From a virus: DNA of 64,000 bases. The translations under genes were made by a program, and so were the position numbers. Below the pieces are notes generated by a model. It searched no databases. It had not been told where the DNA came from and saw only the letters and a program-made list of their open reading frames with translations. The stretch lies in the IMG/VR virus record IMGVR_UViG_3300022868_000014, positions 1-64,000 of that record; one strand, given 5' to 3'. This document shows, one piece after another, positions 46,022-53,920 of the stretch. Positions within the stretch are counted from its first letter, which is position 1. The number at the start of each line of letters is the position of its first letter.

Positions 46022-49000
46022 ATGATCACGACAGTAGGCAAAGAACTAGTTAAAGATGCTTTACCTGCTGCTTATCGTTCTTATGCCGAAGAGGCTATAG
46101 ATGGTAAGCGGATCGGTGATCTTATGACTGATCTTGCTAAGAAAGATCCAGGTAAGTATAACGACACCCTCCAAAAACTTAATAACATAGGTCGTAATGT
46201 AGCAACTACATATGGCCGTGAAGCTAGTATTAGTCTCAAAGATTTAACAGTCCCTGCCTCCATCAGGAATAAGAAGCAAGAACTCAAGCAAAGAATACAC
46301 CTTATAACAAATAGCACAGGCCTTACATCTGAGCAGAAGCTTGATGAGATTACGAAGGTAACCAATAAAGCCTCCAAGAACTTATCCGAAACAGTATATA
46401 GGGATCTCTTGGCCCGTAACAACTCTATGGCCAGACAAATAGAAAGTGGCTCCAGAGGGAATAAGACACAGCTTATGCAGACTGTCTTCGGTGATATGCT
46501 TATGGCAGATTCTACAGGCAAGACAATACCATTCCCAGGACTGGACTCCTATGGTAGTGGTGTATCTCCTTTACCTTATTGGCTTGGTGCTCAATCCTCC
46601 AGAAAGGGCATGTGCCTCGCAGGAAGCACATTGGTTAGAATGGCTGATTTCTCCGTTAAAGCTATAAAAGACATAACCAAAGGTGAGAGGGTAATAGGAG
46701 CCGATACTGAAGGAAATACTTTTCCGGTAGAGGTTATCGACACTTTTGATAATGGGGAACGAAAAGTTAATGATTACACGTTCAGGGTAGGAAGGATGGA
46801 TAATCTTGTAACACTAACAGCTACAGAAAACCATAAAGTCCTCTCTGTCATTAAGAATGGACAGGCAACACCTCATCTAAGAATCCCTTCTAAGCTACCT
46901 CTCAGCCAGGCATGGCGTTGTTTTGGCATGACACCGGCCGGCACCTATCAATGTAAGGCAGAAACCTCACAGCCGTATGCTCGTTTATTGGGCTTATTAT
47001 TAGGCGATGGACATTTAAGCGAGAAATATAGTGTTACGTTATCTTCAATAGATGTTGATCTAATAGAGAAGCTTAACAAGGATCTAAACAATGTTCAGCT
47101 TAAACATATAAAGAGGAATAGAACGTCCGGAGAGCCCTCCTTAGAGTACGTAGTAATTGGAAAAGGGATTAGAGACCAAGCAAAACACAGAAACCCTATA
47201 AAAAGATGGCTTGATACCTTTGGATTACTGGGCACACATTCCCATACTAAGTTTATACCAGAGGAGAGTAAGAGATGGTCAAATGCTGATATAGCTAATT
47301 TGATACATGGGTTATATGAGTCGGACGGTTGGTGCCGCAAAGGTAGTAATACATCTAACTTACCAGGTGTAGGCTGGTCGATGTCTTCAGAAATATTATT
47401 GAACCAACTAAAAGAACTGTTACAAACCAGGTTTGGCATCTACACAACAACTGTAAGCCCTGTTAAACTTTCAAAGACCAGATCCTTTAATAAGAGTGGA
47501 AAAGAGATAATACACAGACTTGATATGTACACCCTTAGAGTAACTAATGAGTCTTCTATTTATAAATTTAATAAACTACTGGCGTATGGAAGAAAATCAG
47601 ATGAATTTAGAGAACTACTTAGTAAGCATACCCCTAATAACAGGGACGATAGTCTTGTTTTCGGGTATACAGGTAAATCAGACTCCTATAAAATAAATAC
47701 GTATGATTTATCAGTGAACCACCCTGATCATCTATTTGTACTAGCTAATGGAATGGTAGTATCTAACTCCGATACACAATTCAGTACAGCTGAGTCAGGC
47801 TATTTAAGCAAACAATTAACAAACGTAGCCCATCGTAATATAGTAACTATGCCCGACTGCGGAGTTACACAAGGCCTTAAAGTAGAAGGTGACGACTCTG
47901 ACAATGTAGGCAGTATACTACTGCAGCCTGTCGGTACCCTTAAAGCCGGTACAATTATACAAGCAGAACACTTACCCCTTATGACCGACAAGAAAGTAAC
48001 AGTACGTAGCCCTTTAACATGTGAAGCACCAGAAGGCGTATGCCAACAGTGCACAGGTGTAAGAGAGAAAGGTACCTTACCTGATATAGGCGAGGCTGTG
48101 GGCATCAATGCTGTACGTTCCTTTGTAGAGGCACTAACACAATCCGGTCTTGGTTCGAAGCACATAGGCGGAGTAGGCGGTAAAGACGAAGAGGAAGTAG
48201 GTCTAACAGGTTTCAAAGAAGTAAATCAATTTGTACAAGTCCCTAAAGAGTTTGTAGGTGGTGCAATATTATCAGAAGCTGATGGTAAGGTGGCAAAGAT
48301 ACAAGACGCCCCTCAGGGTGGTAAATACATCATGGTCAGCGGTAAGCAGTATCATATTCCACGAGAACTCCACACAGCAGTAAAGATAGGCGATAATGTA
48401 GAAGCAGGTGATGTCCTTAGCAACGGAGTACCCAACCCTTCAGAGATTGTAAAGTATAAAGGTATAGGCAGTGGCAGACGTTACTTCATGGAACAGTATC
48501 ATAAAATATTAAAGAAGAATGGAGCAGGTACTAACAGGCGCAATCTGGAACTCTTTGCCCGTAGTTTCATATCCAAAATTAAGATAAATGATCCCGAGGG
48601 TTACAATGGCCATATGGTAGGTGACGTTGTGGATTATGATTATTTAGCATCCAGATGGCAACCTAGAGAGGGTTCTAAGTTGAAATCAGTCACAAGTGCA
48701 AGTAATTTATATCTAGAGAAACCCTATTTACATTATAGTATAGGGACACGAATTACGCCGAAGGTATCTAAGGAACTGAGGAGTAACGGAGTAGGACTGG
48801 TTGCAACGCATCCTAAACCACCTCCCTTTGAACCGTTTGTCGTTCGTGCTCAGGATTTTACACAACATGATAAGGATTGGATGACTCGCTTAGGCGGAGA
48901 AAATCTCAAACGTTCAACATTAGGGGCCGCTGCACGCGGGGGCACTAGCGAACGTAAGAGTACATCATACTACCCAGCAATAACAAATATTGGAGATTAA
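46022..49000 (+). CDS. RNA polymerase beta' C-terminal half, with one intein
   Basis: TTVG; SGSRGN..QL.Q; bridge helix RKGM|SDTQFSTAESGYL; RSPLTC....VCQQC.G; GEAVGI; trigger loop TQ.....HIGGV. Confidence 0.92.
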   Translation: MITTVGKELVKDALPAAYRSYAEEAIDGKRIGDLMTDLAKKDPGKYNDTLQKLNNIGRNVATTYGREASISLKDLTVPASIRNKKQELKQRIHLITNSTGLTSEQKLDEITKVTNKASKNLSETVYRDLLARNNSMARQIESGSRGNKTQLMQTVFGDMLMADSTGKTIPFPGLDSYGSGVSPLPYWLGAQSSRKGMCLAGSTLVRMADFSVKAIKDITKGERVIGADTEGNTFPVEVIDTFDNGERKVNDYTFRVGRMDNLVTLTATENHKVLSVIKNGQATPHLRIPSKLPLSQAWRCFGMTPAGTYQCKAETSQPYARLLGLLLGDGHLSEKYSVTLSSIDVDLIEKLNKDLNNVQLKHIKRNRTSGEPSLEYVVIGKGIRDQAKHRNPIKRWLDTFGLLGTHSHTKFIPEESKRWSNADIANLIHGLYESDGWCRKGSNTSNLPGVGWSMSSEILLNQLKELLQTRFGIYTTTVSPVKLSKTRSFNKSGKEIIHRLDMYTLRVTNESSIYKFNKLLAYGRKSDEFRELLSKHTPNNRDDSLVFGYTGKSDSYKINTYDLSVNHPDHLFVLANGMVVSNSDTQFSTAESGYLSKQLTNVAHRNIVTMPDCGVTQGLKVEGDDSDNVGSILLQPVGTLKAGTIIQAEHLPLMTDKKVTVRSPLTCEAPEGVCQQCTGVREKGTLPDIGEAVGINAVRSFVEALTQSGLGSKHIGGVGGKDEEEVGLTGFKEVNQFVQVPKEFVGGAILSEADGKVAKIQDAPQGGKYIMVSGKQYHIPRELHTAVKIGDNVEAGDVLSNGVPNPSEIVKYKGIGSGRRYFMEQYHKILKKNGAGTNRRNLELFARSFISKIKINDPEGYNGHMVGDVVDYDYLASRWQPREGSKLKSVTSASNLYLEKPYLHYSIGTRITPKVSKELRSNGVGLVATHPKPPPFEPFVVRAQDFTQHDKDWMTRLGGENLKRSTLGAAARGGTSERKSTSYYPAITNIGD
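46613..47767 (+). mobile_element. Intein 3 (385 aa) with LAGLIDADG endonuclease
   Basis: CLAGST...MVVSN|S; LLGLLLGDG, LIHGLYESDG; sits in the bridge helix. Confidence 0.92.
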
Positions 49001-49001
49001 A

Positions 49002-49274
49002 ATGACAGACAGTAAAAGACACGGATACCTAGCAGGCTACTTGGCGAAGGAAGCAGTAGATCCTTTAACAGGCCTTTACCAGGCTTATACTAAAGGAGGC
49101 GTTAAAGCAAAACCAGCCCTGGGTAAAGCTATGACCCCGTCACAGAGTGCACATTTCGAGGCGGATAAGCCCATAGCTAAGAAGCTGGGCCCTGTTGATT
49201 TGGAAACACTTAAGGGAAGTTTTAAACCCGTAAGAGCAACAGGAAAAGGATGTTCTAAAAAACATGGCTCCTAA
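49002..49274 (+). CDS. Small protein with GYxxGYxxKxA leader
   Basis: MTDSKRHGYLAGYLAKEAV; ATG 49002 has GGAG SD. Confidence 0.7.
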   Translation: MTDSKRHGYLAGYLAKEAVDPLTGLYQAYTKGGVKAKPALGKAMTPSQSAHFEADKPIAKKLGPVDLETLKGSFKPVRATGKGCSKKHGS

Positions 49275-49373
49275 TAAAGTCTTGAGATGGTACATGAATA
49301 AACTAGGCCTATAAACAACATTGATGCCTAGATATAAGTAAAGTAAGTACAACATTAACACAAGGAAATTACC

Positions 49374-51440
49374 ATGGCAGGTTCAAATTTCGAAGTTCAA
49401 CTAGGGCAGCTGGCCGACTCGCAAATTGCGCAGGACGCCCCAGCATTAACCCCTTATAAGGTCGGCTTTCAGCTCATCGATAAAGATGATGATGAGACTC
49501 GAGGAGTCGGTGTATCAGTATTCCAATTGAATGATCAATGGATTTACATCCCAATCTTTTATCTCAATGGACGGATCAAAGGACTCGATCTCATGTTCTT
49601 ACCGAACAGAGGACAGTTTGTTCCAACCAAAGAAACTTGGATCTCATATCTCAAAGGACAGCAACCGCTGGAATTAGGAGAATCAGGAGAACAGGAAGAA
49701 GAAGAAAGCGCTAAGACAATGCAGGGTAAACCTGGTTCAGTCAATCTCACAGAAACTGATCCTTTCCTTAAAGGTGCAGCACTCTTAGAGAAGGACGCGT
49801 GGGAGAACATGCAGACACCTGTTAAATTCGACCGAGACGTATTTGACCTGAAAGAATGGGTACCTAGGCTGGGTAAAGAAGCATCTTTCCAGTTTACAGC
49901 CACCATGATTAAACACCCTGAATTCGCTAACGCAATTCTCAAGTATTATTCTGCGGATGATTTACGCGGATTAGCTAAGACAGCTGACGAAGTAGGAGTA
50001 GATGAGTTGGACATACCTGCCGCCGACGGATCTTCTCAAGGTCAGACTGTACTTAAAGTAATCACACCTGATTCCCCAGACGCATCTGAATTAGAAGATG
50101 CAGAGAAAGAAGTGTTAATGCGTGACCGGGTCTTCTTTGTAGACAACCGTAAGGAAACATCCACTGTATTTAAAGGTGAAGTAGATCATACGAAACTAAG
50201 CACTCCTACGTGCACAGGTCTCTATGATGTTCTTATGGCTGATGGTACATTTGATCGTTTCTATGTTTTGTTTCCAAACAAGATGGAAAATAAACCGGAC
50301 AACAGTGTACTGAATACACGTGATGCTAAATTCTTATTGGTTCCTTTGAACCATAAAGATAAGTATCTCGCAGGCAAAGGATGTATCCAAGCTAAGCAGC
50401 TAACTATCACCAATGATGAAGATACAACTCTTCTTAAATCACTTGGTAGGGATCTCAAACGTATCATCAGAGAACGCTCCAATGATGCAGTGATTGTAGA
50501 CCCTTATGCTAATAGCTACCAGGTTTACTTCAATGGACCTAAGACAGCCTATGGCAATAAGATTAAAATCAGCCTAGGACTTGGAACAGCAGCTTGTATG
50601 GATCTTGGTCGTAAAGTAGATTGCATGCAGTTCACTGATAAACCTGGTAAACTCTTCATTGGTGCGGATACATTATATGTTCCTAACAATGCTAAAGTTA
50701 TTGACAGAGCAGATTACAAACTTAATCAGAAGTATGGTTTCGGTAATCCTAATACTCTAGTTAACAGCCTGATCAATAAGGTACAGCTCACTCCTGTTAA
50801 AGTATACAGCGATGGAGCATCTATTACACTTAGTAATGCTGACGTATCTGACGGCCCTATCAATAAGACAGCAGCCATGATTAAGTTAGTTAGAGATTAC
50901 GGTATCGCAGCACCTACTGCTAAGAAAATGGTTAAGGAAGCAGCTTCTCAACATAGACCAAACTCTATGCGGTATCTTGTTAAACTGGCCAAAGACCCGT
51001 TCATCAATACAGCTGAGAACTCTATAGGAGCAGCAGCTGCACCTAATGATGTAGAAGAAGTAACAGCCCCTCAAGATGGGCTTGATGATATAGACACAGC
51101 AGTTAAGGCATCCGAGAACGGTGTCAAAGAAGTTATGGACGTATCCGTACTCCGTACATTGGCAATGAACAGTAAAGCAATCGACATGGTTGAGGATTAC
51201 CTCCCTGACCTACTTCGTGGTCTCGACCGCGTAGGTAGACTGTTGTTCCTGTTCTACTGGCACAATGATGACTTCCAGGACCGTTATGGTACTGATGAGC
51301 TGACTGAGTTAGAAGAAAGCCTTCGTGATGTATTCCAGTCCTTAAGTGACTTGGTATTGTTCCTCAGTAAAAAGACTGTGGCACCTGATACATCCACCGA
51401 AGCCTTAGCAGGAGATCTTTCAGAAGATCTAGGTGCATGA
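49374..51440 (+). CDS. Putative head/structural protein (688 aa)
   Basis: In the morphogenesis cluster; many KxA sites. Confidence 0.7.
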   Translation: MAGSNFEVQLGQLADSQIAQDAPALTPYKVGFQLIDKDDDETRGVGVSVFQLNDQWIYIPIFYLNGRIKGLDLMFLPNRGQFVPTKETWISYLKGQQPLELGESGEQEEEESAKTMQGKPGSVNLTETDPFLKGAALLEKDAWENMQTPVKFDRDVFDLKEWVPRLGKEASFQFTATMIKHPEFANAILKYYSADDLRGLAKTADEVGVDELDIPAADGSSQGQTVLKVITPDSPDASELEDAEKEVLMRDRVFFVDNRKETSTVFKGEVDHTKLSTPTCTGLYDVLMADGTFDRFYVLFPNKMENKPDNSVLNTRDAKFLLVPLNHKDKYLAGKGCIQAKQLTITNDEDTTLLKSLGRDLKRIIRERSNDAVIVDPYANSYQVYFNGPKTAYGNKIKISLGLGTAACMDLGRKVDCMQFTDKPGKLFIGADTLYVPNNAKVIDRADYKLNQKYGFGNPNTLVNSLINKVQLTPVKVYSDGASITLSNADVSDGPINKTAAMIKLVRDYGIAAPTAKKMVKEAASQHRPNSMRYLVKLAKDPFINTAENSIGAAAAPNDVEEVTAPQDGLDDIDTAVKASENGVKEVMDVSVLRTLAMNSKAIDMVEDYLPDLLRGLDRVGRLLFLFYWHNDDFQDRYGTDELTELEESLRDVFQSLSDLVLFLSKKTVAPDTSTEALAGDLSEDLGA

Positions 51441-52297
51441 GTAAACAATCAGATCAGAGTTGCGTTCTCGATAATGCGCCTGATTGGCGTTGGAAGCGAG
51501 CACTGTATGAGCGGAAGAACGAGAAGGAAAGTAATAAAGACTTCGTCGCCTACGCTGATGCAACAGTTAAACTGGCTAAGCGATTCTTAGAGGTATGGGA
51601 AGACGACCGATTCCAAGGTGCCCCAGCAAGAGAGCTTATGCCCGCAATGGCATTCTTATACGACCTACATCAGGAGAATTCTCCGGGTTGTACGAAGCAT
51701 GCACTTGAAGCAGCTCTAGTGGCGAAAGCAAAGCCACAGTTCATACAATCAAATATTCATAAGAAACTGACACCTTTCATGATCAGAACTTATGAGCTTT
51801 TGTTTTATGATGTGAGAACTAAATTAGATTCACCCTTTTGGGTAGAGAAGTACATATTCGCACCGGCAGCCACACATAAGAAGGATGACTATCTGAACTC
51901 AGATTTGATCTGGAAAGTTGTGGGGTGGTCCGGAGGACCAGAGCGTCTACTTATGGATTGCATAAGAGGCCATACATATAAAGGCAAGACTGCCGACTGG
52001 ATTATAGACCATGTGGTAAGCCAGAACGCGAGGGAAACTTTGAAATACGTGCACACTAGTGGTAAATTACCAAAAGAGCTTACTATACCTACGCAGCAAC
52101 GCACATTGAGTGTTTGGGAAGATAGAACATACAAGCTTGATGAGCTCGCTGCTCAAGATGACGACGGGTTAATACCTGATAGTTTAGCTACATTTCATGG
52201 TAGAATCAAACTGAAAGATGCAGAAGCAGTAGTAAAGAAGATAGAGAAGTTAGACGCGAACATACATAAATATGAAGATGGAGATTTAGACAAATGA
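51437..52297 (+). CDS. Hypothetical protein
   Basis: ATGA-coupled; PDWRW motif. Confidence 0.7.
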   Translation: MSKQSDQSCVLDNAPDWRWKRALYERKNEKESNKDFVAYADATVKLAKRFLEVWEDDRFQGAPARELMPAMAFLYDLHQENSPGCTKHALEAALVAKAKPQFIQSNIHKKLTPFMIRTYELLFYDVRTKLDSPFWVEKYIFAPAATHKKDDYLNSDLIWKVVGWSGGPERLLMDCIRGHTYKGKTADWIIDHVVSQNARETLKYVHTSGKLPKELTIPTQQRTLSVWEDRTYKLDELAAQDDDGLIPDSLATFHGRIKLKDAEAVVKKIEKLDANIHKYEDGDLDK

Positions 52298-53919
52298 TCG
52301 ACAAACTATCCGCCAGTCAAGAGCGTCGAATCATGCGAGGCATCGAGAAAGCAGTAGCTTCAACGAGGTCTGGTAGTTCACCCAATGATGCGCTTATAAA
52401 GATGGCAACTGAGTTGGAATTCACGCCGGAAATCACTAAGCGTGCATGTGAAGCCTTTAATAAATCCAAAACTGTACACGTACTATCTAGTCGTAAGTCG
52501 AGTGACCGGGCGGAATCATTCGAGCACGCAGACCCTAAAGAAGTCGTTAAGGCTATCTTTGGTGGAACAGAAAAGGCAGCTTCAATTACACTACCCAAAC
52601 AAGATTTCTCTGAAATAGGTCTTAAGCTGGAAATGTCCTTCGAGAAGGCAGCAGCTGAGAAACCTGTAGAAGAACCCATCGACAGAGATGCTATGCTTAA
52701 AACAGCTAGTGATGTCGAATATCGTAGAGATATGAATAAACGCATGGAAGTACTTGATAACTTTGATCGTCAGAAGAGCACAGTTAATCAGTTACGCCTA
52801 TCTACACAGGACTCCCTGATGAAAGCGGCTGAGCATATGCGTTATACTAAAGATAAAGAATTACAGAAGATTGCTCATGTTATAGTCAATCGTTTCGGTG
52901 ACCAAGGCGCTAAGATGCTCCAGGTTATCGGTGCTAAGATTCAACGTGACCTTCCCCTAGAGAAGACAGCCAATGGTGCTGTACTTCCTTTCAACTCCCC
53001 TTATCCTGAGATTGATCAAGCTATCAGACATGCCCGCGAGTACGCCGACGAGAAGGCTGAGCTCACGAAGCTGGCAGAAGATGCTAGAGATTTTTTTTTT
53101 GAAAAAGACGCTGCTCCCTTAGATACAAAAAGTATATTAGAGAGCGGTAAATTCATGGGAGCAACTGCCCCAGGTTTCGCAGCAGGCGCAGTAAAAGGCG
53201 GTGTTAAGAAAGGCTTAGACACTATCTCCGACGAAGTCCAGAAATGGTCTGACATTACAAGCGCCAATCCAGATCCTAAAATGTTAAAAGTAATGGACCC
53301 GGCATTTATGGGCAACATTGATAGTATCGACAATATGCAGGGCTGGGTAGCTATTGCATCTGATCAGTCTATTAAGAACTATCCTATAGAAGACATAACA
53401 GAAGCCTATAACAATATTATTAATGTCTCACCTATGATGCGCGATAAAGCAATGCAACCAGCTTTAAAATCTATGGTTAAACGTCAACTGGCCCAGAAAC
53501 AATTAATGGACCCAGCTGAAATCTCTCAATTAGTTGACCTGGAGAAATCCTATACAGCTAGTGAGAAGACTCGTAGAGAACTTGACGAAGCTCAGAACAT
53601 GGCAACAGTTGGCGGAGACACTGGACCATCTGCAGATCTCTTGGATGTTCTACGCATGGGTGGTAAAGACAAGGACGGCGAGGCTAAAGAGAAGAAGATG
53701 CCTATAATTACACAGCTTGCTGAGCTCCTTGATAAACATAATGCCGAGAAAGGAAGATCCCCTCAAGAGCCTGCTAATGATCAAGGCTATAACGAGGAGA
53801 CAACCGACAAAGCAGGCCCCGGTGATAGTAGACAAGGTAGTTCAGGTTCAGAAAGTCTTTCAAGATATCTAGGTCAACGTAAACCTAAGAAGGATACAAA
53901 CGCTAGATTAGGATTTTAA
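52294..53919 (+). CDS. Putative head/core protein (541 aa)
   Basis: Dense KxA sites: EKAAS, EKAAA, LKTAS, QKIAH, EKTAN, TKLAE. Confidence 0.7.
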   Translation: MIDKLSASQERRIMRGIEKAVASTRSGSSPNDALIKMATELEFTPEITKRACEAFNKSKTVHVLSSRKSSDRAESFEHADPKEVVKAIFGGTEKAASITLPKQDFSEIGLKLEMSFEKAAAEKPVEEPIDRDAMLKTASDVEYRRDMNKRMEVLDNFDRQKSTVNQLRLSTQDSLMKAAEHMRYTKDKELQKIAHVIVNRFGDQGAKMLQVIGAKIQRDLPLEKTANGAVLPFNSPYPEIDQAIRHAREYADEKAELTKLAEDARDFFFEKDAAPLDTKSILESGKFMGATAPGFAAGAVKGGVKKGLDTISDEVQKWSDITSANPDPKMLKVMDPAFMGNIDSIDNMQGWVAIASDQSIKNYPIEDITEAYNNIINVSPMMRDKAMQPALKSMVKRQLAQKQLMDPAEISQLVDLEKSYTASEKTRRELDEAQNMATVGGDTGPSADLLDVLRMGGKDKDGEAKEKKMPIITQLAELLDKHNAEKGRSPQEPANDQGYNEETTDKAGPGDSRQGSSGSESLSRYLGQRKPKKDTNARLGF

Positions 53920-53920
53920 T

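Noticed and set aside
53091-53100. T10 run as a programmed slippage site
   Set aside because: The ORF stays in frame (DFFFE) and no alternative-frame product is evident
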